IMG/VR virus record: IMGVR_UViG_3300042895_001344
Coordinates: 1-64,000 of that record
Length of the DNA stretch: 64,000 nt
Strand: one strand, 5' to 3'
The position numbers and the translations under genes were made by a program. The notes beneath the pieces were generated by a model that made no database searches, was not told where the DNA came from, and saw only the letters and a program-made list of their open reading frames with translations. Positions 38,620 through 48,982 of the stretch are shown piece by piece. The stretch's first letter is position 1. Each line of letters opens with the position of its first letter.

Positions 38620-40049
38620 TTCATTTTAACATTTATAAATTTTGTATTAGGGTATAATGTATCATCAACATTATCAACATCTAACACTTCTAATATTTTA
38701 TTAAGTCCATCTTTTTTATAATCTATCTTTTTTTGTTGCATTTCAGTAACAAATCTTTTCTCATTTCTTGCGGTCGTTTCTCCCTTTTTCCATTCACCAT
38801 TAATAAATCCTTCGTCTTCATGAAACATACAATTAAAATTACCTTCTCTTCTTATTGGAATTATATTATCGATAACTTCAATATCTTCTTTAGTAATTTC
38901 AGTATTAAGATTTTCACATATTATATTATTTACCTTATCTAAATAACCATTCTCAAAATCCATATGTAAAACCAAACTTTTTTCTTTACTAACCGACATT
39001 TTTATATTTTTATAACACTTGTCATATATTTTAACTTCAGCAATTTGGCCTTTAAAATATGTTTTTTGGTTGCTACAAAACCCTAATATAAATGGATTGG
39101 TGTTATCGTGTTTTTTAAGGTTTTCTCCAATCATAAATGATTTATTCTCTTTAACATCGTTTACGTTAGTGACTAATTCATTATTAACAAAGAAATACAT
39201 TTCTTTTGTTTTATTATCAAATGAAACTGTTACCCACGTCCATTCATTTTCAAATTTCTTAACCCAATTATTATGATAATTTTCGTTTTTATCAAAAACT
39301 GTCATGTTAACCGTCCTTGAATTATTAAAGGATAACCCCCATGTCCAAGATTCGTGTTTTCTTAATATTGGGTATTCAATAAATTTCTTTTCTTTGTCAC
39401 CAACCAACCAAATAGGCACTTTCTCTTGTTGTTGTTCTGCTTTAAATAATACAGAAATAGTATGATTACCAGATAAACATTTACTTATCTTTTCGTTTGT
39501 TGGTATAACCACTAATGAATCATCTCCATTAAAATTTACAACCGATTTTTCTTTATGTGATTTAAAAATCTTACCATCTTTATAACCCTCAAAATAACAC
39601 CTCCAAAAAAGATCATCATCTTCTTGACCCCAATCCCAATATTCGTTTGAATAACCATTGGTTTGATACGCTTGTTCTTTGGTAAATAAAACAACACCTC
39701 CAAAGTATTGATCATACCCTAATGTGTAATTATACTTTGATAATTTGGTTGCAATATGAACTGGTGATTTTTCAGGATAGGAGTAATCACAAATTAAATT
39801 ATCTTTATCGATTGCTAACATATCCACGTCGTGCCAAGCTACATAATCACAACCATCTTCAAACGCATAATGTGCTGCAATGTTTTTTGTTGCACCTCTA
39901 TTAAATAATTTATCATCAACTTGATGTCCAACATAAAATTTATGTTCTATTCCTTTTTCATTTAAATATTTTGATAAATGTGGTATCAAATTCTCAATGT
40001 GTTCCTTTCTATTTCTGTACGGTATACAAATACCTAATTTATGACTCAT
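38616..40049 (-). CDS. GT7 (beta-1,4-galactosyltransferase-like) with an inserted LamG domain
   Basis: IPYRNR, FNRG, WHDVD, YFGG, NGYSN.YWDWGQEDDDL. Insert FNGDDS..YFKGQIAEVKIY. C-terminal H..NE.RF..DGL. Confidence 0.8.
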   Translation of the reverse strand: MSHKLGICIPYRNRKEHIENLIPHLSKYLNEKGIEHKFYVGHQVDDKLFNRGATKNIAAHYAFEDGCDYVAWHDVDMLAIDKDNLICDYSYPEKSPVHIATKLSKYNYTLGYDQYFGGVVLFTKEQAYQTNGYSNEYWDWGQEDDDLFWRCYFEGYKDGKIFKSHKEKSVVNFNGDDSLVVIPTNEKISKCLSGNHTISVLFKAEQQQEKVPIWLVGDKEKKFIEYPILRKHESWTWGLSFNNSRTVNMTVFDKNENYHNNWVKKFENEWTWVTVSFDNKTKEMYFFVNNELVTNVNDVKENKSFMIGENLKKHDNTNPFILGFCSNQKTYFKGQIAEVKIYDKCYKNIKMSVSKEKSLVLHMDFENGYLDKVNNIICENLNTEITKEDIEVIDNIIPIRREGNFNCMFHEDEGFINGEWKKGETTARNEKRFVTEMQQKKIDYKKDGLNKILEVLDVDNVDDTLYPNTKFINVKMK

Positions 40050-41461
40050 ATTCCAACTGTTACAAATGTTATGTTATTTTCGTTTGTTATTCCGTGTTCT
40101 ACAAAATTTAAATCTGATAATCCATCGTTATATAATAATTCGTGATTTGTAGATACTTCATTTATAAATCGTAGTTGATTCCATCTAGTAGATTGATCTT
40201 TCCATTTGTTATCTAAAAATCCATTTTCTTCGTGAGGTAAACTTTCAAATAGAGATTTTCTCCTATGTGGAACATATAATTCGTATATACTATCTACTAT
40301 TAAGTCTGTAATTTCACAATTAATGATTTCACCATCATTATTATTTCCTGATAAATCTTTTAATTTATAACCTTTTATTATCTTAGTGTCATAATATAAT
40401 TTAAGGGAATCCGCAGATTTGTAATCACCAAAATTTTGTGTTAAACCCTTAAATTTATTTTTTGATATTTCCATTATTTCATTATCATCTAAAACGATAT
40501 CATAAACGGCAAAAGCATCAAAATATCCTTTAAAATATTTTGGTTCATATTCATTGTTAAGGTCACCTGTTCCAATATAAAAAAATGGTTGTTTTTGGTA
40601 TTGATGTAGTTTTCCTGAAAATTCTACTTTACCAATAATATCCCCGTCTTGGTATACTTTAATAATCTTATCTGTGTCGTTAATTGTAATGGAAATATTT
40701 GTCTTATAATTTTTCTTTATTTTAGAATTAACATAAAGTACATTATGTTTATTATCAAAAGTACAAATATTATATCTGGAAAATGAGTTGAATGATATTG
40801 AAAAATCATATCCTGGTATTGTAAATATATTAAATTGATCCACTTCTTTTGTATGGTCACATATTATATCATCAGGATAAAAGGAAATAAATAATGTAAT
40901 ATCCTTATTAAAGTTAAGATTATTTATACCTTTTACGTAAGCATCTTTTCCATTAAATTTTAATACAGAACCTGATGTTCCCATATTATCTAAGTAAAGT
41001 GTATTTAAATCTAAATCATTCACAACACACCTTAAAAGTAAATCAGTATCTTCATAACCCCATCCCCAATACTTGTTAGAATACCCGTTTATTTTTTTAA
41101 AATCTTTAACATTAAACATGGTCACTCCTCCAAAATATGTGTCAAATATTTCTCTATCTTGGTTTGAAAAATTGGTAGCTAAGTGTGTGGGTGTAATAGA
41201 ATAACTGTAGTCTACGTCGATCGGTAACATATCTATATCATGAAAAACAACATACTTACATTTAAGTTTCTCAGCATAAGTAAATCCTATATTTAATAAC
41301 ATTCCTCTATTGAACAATTTAGCATCATCTTGTTCAACTATGATAATCTCATACGGAATATTCTTTTCACTAAGATATTTTGTAATTCTCTCTTTAAAAA
41401 TATCAAGCTGTTCGTATCTATTTCTAAATGGAACTATTATACCTACTTTTCTATTGTGCAT
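40046..41461 (-). CDS. GT7 with an inserted LamG domain (paralog)
   Basis: VPFRNR, FNRG, FHDID, YFGG, WGWGYEDTDL. Insert FNGKDA..YFKGYFDAFAVY. C-terminal DGL. Confidence 0.8.
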   Translation of the reverse strand: MHNRKVGIIVPFRNRYEQLDIFKERITKYLSEKNIPYEIIIVEQDDAKLFNRGMLLNIGFTYAEKLKCKYVVFHDIDMLPIDVDYSYSITPTHLATNFSNQDREIFDTYFGGVTMFNVKDFKKINGYSNKYWGWGYEDTDLLLRCVVNDLDLNTLYLDNMGTSGSVLKFNGKDAYVKGINNLNFNKDITLFISFYPDDIICDHTKEVDQFNIFTIPGYDFSISFNSFSRYNICTFDNKHNVLYVNSKIKKNYKTNISITINDTDKIIKVYQDGDIIGKVEFSGKLHQYQKQPFFYIGTGDLNNEYEPKYFKGYFDAFAVYDIVLDDNEIMEISKNKFKGLTQNFGDYKSADSLKLYYDTKIIKGYKLKDLSGNNNDGEIINCEITDLIVDSIYELYVPHRRKSLFESLPHEENGFLDNKWKDQSTRWNQLRFINEVSTNHELLYNDGLSDLNFVEHGITNENNITFVTVGI

Positions 41462-41693
41462 TTTTCTTTACTTTCTTATCGTCAGTTTTAATTTCTTCTT
41501 CTACATCATCACCCTTTACTATTTTATTATGAAATTCGGCAAGATAATATTGGACTCTTTGTCCCCACTCATCTTTATCGATTTCTTCAAACCACACAGT
41601 TAATGCGTCTAATGAATTGGCAATTTTTTCTAATGCTTTTATTTTTCTCGTTTCGAGAGCTAATTGCTCATCTTTTTCTGTTTTTACACTCAT
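41451..41693 (-). CDS. Small hypothetical protein
   Basis: 80-aa ORF overlapping both neighbours. Confidence 0.6.
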   Translation of the reverse strand: MSVKTEKDEQLALETRKIKALEKIANSLDALTVWFEEIDKDEWGQRVQYYLAEFHNKIVKGDDVEEEIKTDDKKVKKNAQ

Positions 41694-42547
41694 ATTGATA
41701 TGATTTTTTTAATTAATTTATTCCAATTTTTATAATGGTTATATTCTGGTTTATTTAATCCTAATTCAAACATAAAATCAGGATTTAATAAATTTATTTT
41801 AAAATTTGTCTTTTTTAATTCTTTATACATTTGAAAATATTCACTTGAAAACGCATAATCTTCATTTAGGTTTGCAACATTCGATACTCTATCTATTGAT
41901 GTTGAGTCCCATTTAAAGTGATGAACTTGTACTGAGTGTGTATCCACTGGTGCAATTAATGGATGACTCCACCCTTGCCATCTCCATGTTGTGTGGTCGT
42001 CAATTTTAGCATAATGTTGTCCTGCCGTTACATCAACATATCCTTTCATAATACAAATCTTATTTGGACATGCGTTACTCATTGGATATCTAAAAAAACC
42101 AGCATTAGGAAATTGTTCCCATATAGATACGTCATTAACTAACTCAGTAAATTCGCCCCCTGTACCAATTCTATCAATAAAACCACCTCTTACAATATCC
42201 CAATTATTTTCTTGACAATCATATATTATTTTACGTAAATCATCATTAGGATATAAATGAAATTCATCAATATCAGCAATAACATACCAACTATCTTTTC
42301 GTTTTGATTTAACAAAATTATAAAGTTGCGTTACTTTTTCCCAATCAAATACTCTTTCTTGTATAGTTATAACAACATTAACTTTTTCGTAGTTTTTAAT
42401 TACTTGATTAATTTCTTCGGTTAAATTTGGATGTAATTCGGTTTCGTATACGGCAATATTAATTTCATCAACATGTTTTTGATAATGTTCAATGAAATGT
42501 GGAAGTAAGTTAATTCCGTGACCTATAACTGTTAATAATTTAACCAT
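41690..42547 (-). CDS. GT2-like glycosyltransferase (GT-A fold)
   Basis: HFIEHY, WYVIADIDEF, HHFKW. Confidence 0.65.
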   Translation of the reverse strand: MVKLLTVIGHGINLLPHFIEHYQKHVDEINIAVYETELHPNLTEEINQVIKNYEKVNVVITIQERVFDWEKVTQLYNFVKSKRKDSWYVIADIDEFHLYPNDDLRKIIYDCQENNWDIVRGGFIDRIGTGGEFTELVNDVSIWEQFPNAGFFRYPMSNACPNKICIMKGYVDVTAGQHYAKIDDHTTWRWQGWSHPLIAPVDTHSVQVHHFKWDSTSIDRVSNVANLNEDYAFSSEYFQMYKELKKTNFKINLLNPDFMFELGLNKPEYNHYKNWNKLIKKIISI

Positions 42548-43271
42548 TTTTCTTATTAATTACCGTAATACCACTAGATGACGGTTTATTAGGTAATATA
42601 CCAAAATTAAATAGATTAATCAAATTAAAAGATGGGTTTTTTTCTAATTCTTTAATAAACTTTGATGGTCCATCGAATCTATGATGATCTTTTTTTGCAT
42701 CTTCAGAAACTATAAGTTTTTCCTCATAATCTGAATCCGTATCGTGGATAACGATAATACCTTTATCTGTTAATAGTGTTGAATATAACTCAAAATCTTT
42801 CTTGACTCCTTCATATGAATGGTCACCATCTATAAAGATAAAATCTAATTTAATATCTTGTAAAACAAAGAAATTATAATATGCGTCTTCTGATGTTGAT
42901 TTAATCAATCTGGGATGAAATTTATAACGGAAATATGAATTCTCATCCTCTAAGTCGTTAGGTCCTCCTACCCCATTACAAGCGTCAACCAGGTAGGTTA
43001 CTCCAATGTCTCCCCAACTTAAATTATCATCTCCCTCAAATATTCCTTGTTTGTGTAAATCAATTCTTGCTTGTGTCATAATACGGGGTATAAACCCACC
43101 TCCAGACCCGATACAGACACAGGTTTTTGCTCTCATATGTTGTATCAGTGAATAAACAACAAGACCGTCACCCATATGTTCTGTCGTTGCACCATGTGTC
43201 CATCTATAAGGGACTGGATCACCTCCATTTGTTGTGATATTTCCTGTTATGAAATCTTGATTGGTAATCAT
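42540..43271 (-). CDS. SAM-dependent methyltransferase (Methyltransf_24-like)
   Basis: CIGSGGG, FIFIDGDHSYEG, IIVIHD. Confidence 0.8.
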   Translation of the reverse strand: MITNQDFITGNITTNGGDPVPYRWTHGATTEHMGDGLVVYSLIQHMRAKTCVCIGSGGGFIPRIMTQARIDLHKQGIFEGDDNLSWGDIGVTYLVDACNGVGGPNDLEDENSYFRYKFHPRLIKSTSEDAYYNFFVLQDIKLDFIFIDGDHSYEGVKKDFELYSTLLTDKGIIVIHDTDSDYEEKLIVSEDAKKDHHRFDGPSKFIKELEKNPSFNLINLFNFGILPNKPSSSGITVINKKNG

Positions 43272-43277
43272 TAAGAT

Positions 43278-43306
43278 AATATAAGAAAAATATTTCTATA
43301 AACCAA
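43278..43306 (-). promoter_or_regulatory. Sigma70-like promoter TTGGTT-N17-TATATT at the start of the enzyme operon
   Basis: Lies 6 nt upstream of the ATG at 43271 and overlaps the end of the LamG gene. Confidence 0.55.
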
Positions 43307-44009
43307 ACCTTCCCTTTTGTATGTTGTAATTTAATAATACTTCCGTAGATGATAGTGTTCTATCATATAGTTGTACATTTCCTAAATACGCATTATGATA
43401 TGTAGTATCTATTGCATATGAACAAAGTCTAGCTACCGTTGTTGCATTAATAGTACCTGTATTACCTGCACTTGACGCCCAAGATGTACCATTTCTATAT
43501 ATTACCATTGCCCCCGTAGATGTATTTTTAGTAAAACACCAATAATTCCATCCTAAATAAGTTGAACCAGCTGCTTGAGACAATCTATCACCACCGCAAT
43601 CAAAATAAATAGTTCCATCTGCCCATGGTAAATGTATATTTAATGTTCTAGCACCTGCTATATCTCTAGATTCAACAACCGATGATTGTTGTGTAGTAAT
43701 TCCGTAATTCCAAACACAAAAACTTATTTGATTTCCAAATGGAATTGATGATGGTGAAACTGTAACATTCTGATTACTACCATTAAATATTAAATACCCA
43801 CCATTGAATCCGCTAAATGTTGGGCTATTATTTAAAGTTGTAGTGATTCCGTTATAACTTAGATCATACCAACTGGTTCCTGAACCTGGGTAAGATGAAA
43901 TATTAGCGGTATCCAAATGTAATACTAATCCATTTAATATAATATCATTAGTTGCAAATAATTTTGCACTTGAAGAATTTATTTCATATCCGCCAACATT
44001 TACACCCAT
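43296..44009 (-). CDS. LamG-domain protein (putative virion adhesin)
   Basis: LVLHLD..SYPGSGTSWYDLS, FNG, LYDRTLS..EV..NYN...RFGL. Confidence 0.85.
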   Translation of the reverse strand: MGVNVGGYEINSSSAKLFATNDIILNGLVLHLDTANISSYPGSGTSWYDLSYNGITTTLNNSPTFSGFNGGYLIFNGSNQNVTVSPSSIPFGNQISFCVWNYGITTQQSSVVESRDIAGARTLNIHLPWADGTIYFDCGGDRLSQAAGSTYLGWNYWCFTKNTSTGAMVIYRNGTSWASSAGNTGTINATTVARLCSYAIDTTYHNAYLGNVQLYDRTLSSTEVLLNYNIQKGRFGL

Positions 44010-44022
44010 AATTATTTATTAT

Positions 44023-44220
44023 TTAATCGTAATATACTTCTTTTATTGTTAATGTAACACCAGAATAAATAGAATATCCATTCATTTGATTTATTTTATT
44101 TTCACATTCTTCTACAGTATTAAATTCATATATTCCATCACCTATTATTGGTGGATGTAATATTAATGGGTCTCCAACATGTTCTATTTTTTTCTTTAAT
44201 ATTTGATATTTTATTGTCAT
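44023..44220 (-). CDS. Small hypothetical protein
   Basis: 65-aa ORF within the operon. Confidence 0.5.
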   Translation of the reverse strand: MTIKYQILKKKIEHVGDPLILHPPIIGDGIYEFNTVEECENKINQMNGYSIYSGVTLTIKEVYYD

Positions 44221-44226
44221 ATAATA

Positions 44227-44946
44227 TTATTTTATAAACCACATATGATAATGTTGTCCACTACCACCTGCACATTCTACTTTATATTTTAAGTCGGGAT
44301 TAGTTCCACTTCCTAATAATACCCAATATAATTTTAATACACTCATATCAGGTTGTGCACTACAACATGCATTTACAAAATTACCATCTCCCCAAGTACA
44401 CATTCCACTACTTGTAAAAGAACCAGCGTAAACAGGACCACTATAATATCCAGAATCCGTTCCACCCCAAATAGCTGAACACTGTCCTATTGTAGATATT
44501 CTATGCATTAACATCATTGTATTAGTATATGAGTATCCATAATCATTTGGATTTTTTAATGTATATTGACTCGTCGTCCAACCACCACCACATCCCACTT
44601 CCACTACATTTACATTTAATATTTGTGGATTATTTTTTTGTAATCTACCAGAACTATTCGTTTCCCAAGTTGCAGATGTATTTGAATTTGATGATTGTGG
44701 GCATAGGTCAGAAGTTACTCCCATCCAACCTCCACCATTAATTCCTGTATCCATTATACAATAAACTCTTTTAACTCCAAATGTTCCAAATTTAATGTAA
44801 TAATAACCATCAGCAACTCCTGGATTTGCAGACATAATTGCTGAAGCACTAGACGCTGCCAATGATGGTATTGTTCCCAATTTTTTATTTAATTCGGACG
44901 ATACTATTGTACCACTATACACATAACCACCTATATTAAATCCCAT
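44227..44946 (-). CDS. Fibrinogen-N/NEC-like Cys-rich protein (putative adhesin)
   Basis: AASSASAI..NP..DGYYYIK..VYC.MD..GGGW. Confidence 0.6.
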   Translation of the reverse strand: MGFNIGGYVYSGTIVSSELNKKLGTIPSLAASSASAIMSANPGVADGYYYIKFGTFGVKRVYCIMDTGINGGGWMGVTSDLCPQSSNSNTSATWETNSSGRLQKNNPQILNVNVVEVGCGGGWTTSQYTLKNPNDYGYSYTNTMMLMHRISTIGQCSAIWGGTDSGYYSGPVYAGSFTSSGMCTWGDGNFVNACCSAQPDMSVLKLYWVLLGSGTNPDLKYKVECAGGSGQHYHMWFIK

Positions 44947-44958
44947 AATTTTTTATTT

Positions 44959-45726
44959 TTATAAACCAAATCTTGATTTTTGTATATTATAATTTATTAA
45001 AACTTCATCCTCCGATAATTGTCTATTATATGCTCTAACTACTGCAATTTTTCCATTTAAAGGTACTATATAATTTGGGGTGTCAAAGTCTATACCAATT
45101 ATAAGTGGTCTACTACTATTACATACCTCATTTATATGACTACCATATAAATAATTAGTATAAGATTGTGAAACTCCATTTTTATATAATTTCATTTGGG
45201 TATATCCACCAGAACCTTTTGAAAAAATTAAATGATTCCAAACTCCAGTTGTTACTACGCCGGTTGATGATAATGCTCCTTCTAAACAACTTCCGTAACT
45301 TTGTGATGAGTAATATCCAACAAATTTTCCAGTATTATCAACATACATTGATATTGCCGGCCAATAATCATTTTCGGTATTTTTTTTCATAATACAATTA
45401 TTAGAATTAAATGCTGTAAAATATACCCAAGTTTCTAAAGTAAATTCTGCTGTACTACCAAAGTCAACATCTCCCGTCGTAACATAATCATTAGTTCCGT
45501 CAAATACAATACAACCACTATTTACACTACTGTAGGTTGGTCCATTTGTTAATGTACCATTATAGAGATTTCCTGTTAAATCATACCAACCCGTTCCACT
45601 ACCCACATATGAACCTGTAGATGAAGCGTCTAAATGTAATTTTAATCCTCTATTTATAATATGTGTAGTTTGTATTGATTTTACTAATGTACTATCAACA
45701 ACACTACCACTTATATTTAATGGCAT
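44959..45726 (-). CDS. LamG-domain protein
   Basis: LHLDA..SYVGSGTGWYDL, FDGTNDY, NGKIAVVRAYNRQLS, RFGL. Confidence 0.85.
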   Translation of the reverse strand: MPLNISGSVVDSTLVKSIQTTHIINRGLKLHLDASSTGSYVGSGTGWYDLTGNLYNGTLTNGPTYSSVNSGCIVFDGTNDYVTTGDVDFGSTAEFTLETWVYFTAFNSNNCIMKKNTENDYWPAISMYVDNTGKFVGYYSSQSYGSCLEGALSSTGVVTTGVWNHLIFSKGSGGYTQMKLYKNGVSQSYTNYLYGSHINEVCNSSRPLIIGIDFDTPNYIVPLNGKIAVVRAYNRQLSEDEVLINYNIQKSRFGL

Positions 45727-45744
45727 ATCTTATTATTTTCCATA

Positions 45745-46104
45745 TTATTGTTTATCCCATTTTAATTCTTCTTCATTCCAAATATAAAGATTATTTGTAT
45801 CAGGATATGATATTGGTGGTTCCCATAAACATGTTTCTTCATTTAATATCCAACTATTAAATGGTTTTGGTGCAATAAATGCATCTCTAATAACATCATA
45901 TGTATATCCAATTCCTGCAAAGTTTTTTCTAAAAGGACTTCCACCATTTATATGTGTTCCTCCTAATGTATTAAATGATGTTCGTTTACATAATTGAGCA
46001 CGAAAATCACCATAATGTCTTTCCCAATCAAAGTTAGTTTCATCTTTACCTACTATTACTTCCGTAACAATATAATTTTCATCTAAAAAAGCATAATGTG
46101 CCAT
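45745..46104 (-). CDS. Conserved phage protein, possibly a fibre assembly helper
   Basis: MAHYAFLDEN..VTEVIVG, FRKNFAGIGYTYD..RDAFIAPKP..SW; the function is inferred only. Confidence 0.55.
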   Translation of the reverse strand: MAHYAFLDENYIVTEVIVGKDETNFDWERHYGDFRAQLCKRTSFNTLGGTHINGGSPFRKNFAGIGYTYDVIRDAFIAPKPFNSWILNEETCLWEPPISYPDTNNLYIWNEEELKWDKQ

Positions 46105-46113
46105 AATTTTTTT

Positions 46114-47145
46114 TTAAGTAAATGTTACTGTTCCAGTACCTGCTGTTATTTGATATATTTTATTTAATCCAGATGTAATAGTTGTAACGGTTAAACCATT
46201 ACTAAATGTTCCGATATAAGAATTAGGTACACTAATAATTACTACACCACTTCCACCTGCGCCACCTGCACTAGTACCTCCACTAGTAGTTGATGCACCA
46301 CCACCTCCACCACCTGTGTTAGCCGTGCCGGCAACACCGGGATTGTTTAAATTCGGAGTACCACCTGCACCACCACCTCCCAAACCACCTGTACTTGCTG
46401 TACCAGGAGGGTTATGACTACCACCACCGCCACCGCCACCAATATAATAATTACCTCCTGAATTTTGACCTATAGTACTTCCTGATATTGTGTTTTGAAT
46501 ACCAGCACCACCATTACCACATGCATCTTGTGTTCCGGTTCCGCCAACGGCTCCTGCACCGCCACCTCCACCATGATTGTACGCCGCTGTACTGGTACAT
46601 GGTCCACCATCATAACCTTGTCTAGTTGCACTTATATAAGATGATCCGGGGTATATTCCATATCCATTTGTTTTTGATTCAGCGGCACCACCACCACTAC
46701 CACCATTACCACCATTACCACCATCAAAACTAGAACCACCACCACCACCAACTGCGGTAGATGATCTAAATATTGTGTCTGATCCATTACCACCAACATT
46801 TGGATTTCCTCCTGCACCACCTGCACCTACCGTAATACTATAAGTATTGTTTATACTTAGGGTATCTGTTCCACTTATATACCCACCGGCACCACCACCC
46901 GCACCATGTCTATATCCACCACCACCACCTCCAGCAACAAGTAGAAATTGAGCATTAAAATTTGGTGATTTAACAGTTTGCCAAATTGCACCGGTACTAT
47001 CATACCACTCAGGTTCTCCTATTGTACTATTAAATCTAAACATACCCGCACTTGGTGATGCTGGTCTTTGTGCTGTTGTTCCACTAGGAAGTTTTAATGA
47101 TCCAGTTCCCGACATTATAATATCACCTAATGTATTTATTCCCAT
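46114..47145 (-). CDS. Glycine-rich fibre protein
   Basis: GTTAQRP..GMFRFN module; GGGGGG/GGAGGY repeats; terminal GGSGVVII. Confidence 0.7.
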   Translation of the reverse strand: MGINTLGDIIMSGTGSLKLPSGTTAQRPASPSAGMFRFNSTIGEPEWYDSTGAIWQTVKSPNFNAQFLLVAGGGGGGYRHGAGGGAGGYISGTDTLSINNTYSITVGAGGAGGNPNVGGNGSDTIFRSSTAVGGGGGSSFDGGNGGNGGSGGGAAESKTNGYGIYPGSSYISATRQGYDGGPCTSTAAYNHGGGGGAGAVGGTGTQDACGNGGAGIQNTISGSTIGQNSGGNYYIGGGGGGGSHNPPGTASTGGLGGGGAGGTPNLNNPGVAGTANTGGGGGGASTTSGGTSAGGAGGSGVVIISVPNSYIGTFSNGLTVTTITSGLNKIYQITAGTGTVTFT

Positions 47146-47172
47146 ATTGATAAATATTTGTTTTATTGTGTT

Positions 47173-47991
47173 TTAACAATGTGTACAACTTGGATCATAA
47201 TTATAAAGTGCACATCCACTACCGCAATCAAACCATTGCTCAAACTTTTCTCTTGTTGCTTGATAATTTTGTATAATTTCAGTTGAGGTTAATGGTCTAT
47301 TATATATCATAACAATAGATAAGTTACCGTCTAAATATTCTGCAGTTCCTGGTGAAACCCCTATAATTGTACTACCTGTCTTTGTTTTTAATTGACCTCC
47401 TGAGGAATGTGCAGAACTAGTGAATAATGCACCGTCGAGATAAGTTTTTAATGTTGTATTGTCATATGTTCCACTATAAAAATGCCATTGAGAGAGTGGA
47501 GCATTTGTTACAATTCCTGTTGTAGCGCTAGATGAATTTGTAATGTTAAAATATAAACTAGTACCATTATTTGTACCACCGGCATAATTTTCTCTTCCAT
47601 ATCTAAATTCAAAACCACCAATTCTATCATCACTAACACCATTGGTTACAACACCTCTATATGGACCTGTTCCACCACCATTCTTATGCCAAACACAAAG
47701 AGTTATACCATTAGTATATGAATAGTTTTCCATACCAGTTGTTGTAACATAGTTATTTGAATAATTGAAAGCAAAATTACTAACATATGAATTACTAAAA
47801 GTTGGACTATTAATTAATGTTCCATTATAGGCGTTACCACTTAAATCAGTCCATGCAGTTCCAGTGCCAGAATATGAATTACCATCAGTAGCATTTAAAT
47901 ATAAAAGTAAACCGTTGGTGACTACATTACTTGATGATACAATATTTGCACCTAACGTACTGAATAACTCACCATTTATATTAAATGCCAT
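47173..47991 (-). CDS. LamG-domain protein
   Basis: LYLNA..SYSGTGTAWTDLS, WHFYSGTYD, IYNRPLT..EI.QNY. Confidence 0.85.
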   Translation of the reverse strand: MAFNINGELFSTLGANIVSSSNVVTNGLLLYLNATDGNSYSGTGTAWTDLSGNAYNGTLINSPTFSNSYVSNFAFNYSNNYVTTTGMENYSYTNGITLCVWHKNGGGTGPYRGVVTNGVSDDRIGGFEFRYGRENYAGGTNNGTSLYFNITNSSSATTGIVTNAPLSQWHFYSGTYDNTTLKTYLDGALFTSSAHSSGGQLKTKTGSTIIGVSPGTAEYLDGNLSIVMIYNRPLTSTEIIQNYQATREKFEQWFDCGSGCALYNYDPSCTHC

Positions 47992-48001
47992 AATTAATTT
48001 T

Positions 48002-48682
48002 TTATACTCCCAATCTATTTCTAAAAACTTGATAATTTTGTAAAATTTCCGCCGCTGTTAATTCTCTATTATAAACTAATAAAAATGAAACATTACCATC
48101 AGAAAATTCACTAGAACCTAAATGACCACCTAATGAAAACCCATTAGGTCCTGCGGTTCCGGTAGTATTAGTTGTGTTTAATGCACCATTAATATACAAT
48201 TTATATGTTCCTCCAATTACACCCGTTCCAGCATATATTCTCCAATTTGTATCGGAACCACCTTGTGCTTCATTAGTTATCCATCCCGCAGAATAATATG
48301 CCGCCACGCTATTACCCCAATGACCTAATAACCAATTATTATTTAACGCAGATATTATTCTTCCAGAACCATTCGCATATCTTGATGCTCCAATAACAGT
48401 AAAATTAGATGAAGTTAAATTTATACTACTATTTCTAAAATGTGCACCAGCCGCGGTAGTTACCATCCTTCCTCCTGTTGTTAAACTCCAAGTTGGACTA
48501 CTATTAAATGTAAAATTATTACCATTACCACTTAAATCGTACCATGTTGTTCCGGTACCAGGATATGAATTTGAATTAGCGGCATCTATATAACAAATCA
48601 AATTAGTTGTAACTATATTTTTATAATTAAAGTATTTTGTCCCGTTTGATGTTAATATATTTCCGTTTACGTTTAATGGCAT
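48002..48682 (-). CDS. LamG-domain protein
   Basis: YIDAAN..SYPGTGTTWYDLSG, VYNRELTAAEILQNY. Confidence 0.85.
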   Translation of the reverse strand: MPLNVNGNILTSNGTKYFNYKNIVTTNLICYIDAANSNSYPGTGTTWYDLSGNGNNFTFNSSPTWSLTTGGRMVTTAAGAHFRNSSINLTSSNFTVIGASRYANGSGRIISALNNNWLLGHWGNSVAAYYSAGWITNEAQGGSDTNWRIYAGTGVIGGTYKLYINGALNTTNTTGTAGPNGFSLGGHLGSSEFSDGNVSFLLVYNRELTAAEILQNYQVFRNRLGV

Positions 48683-48685
48683 TTC

Positions 48686-48979
48686 TTAATATTTTTGTAT
48701 TATATTTTCAATCCAATTTATCACATCACTCTCTAACCATTCATCACCAACTAATGGCCCAAATGGTGTTAAATTATGTATCATTATTGCCCTATTTTTT
48801 ATATCATCCACAGTCACTTCAATTAAACTATCTGGAATAAAATAATTTCTATCTTCCTCATTTGGTATAAAGGCAATATTTGTACCATTATCCATATCTA
48901 ATGGAAGTGGAAATTCAATAAAATCAGGTTTTAAACTATCTTTTCCTATTCTGTGATTTTTATATTCGTAAAATGGCAT
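48686..48979 (-). CDS. Hypothetical protein
   Basis: 97-aa ORF within the operon. Confidence 0.55.
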   Translation of the reverse strand: MPFYEYKNHRIGKDSLKPDFIEFPLPLDMDNGTNIAFIPNEEDRNYFIPDSLIEVTVDDIKNRAIMIHNLTPFGPLVGDEWLESDVINWIENIIQKY

Positions 48980-48982
48980 AAT

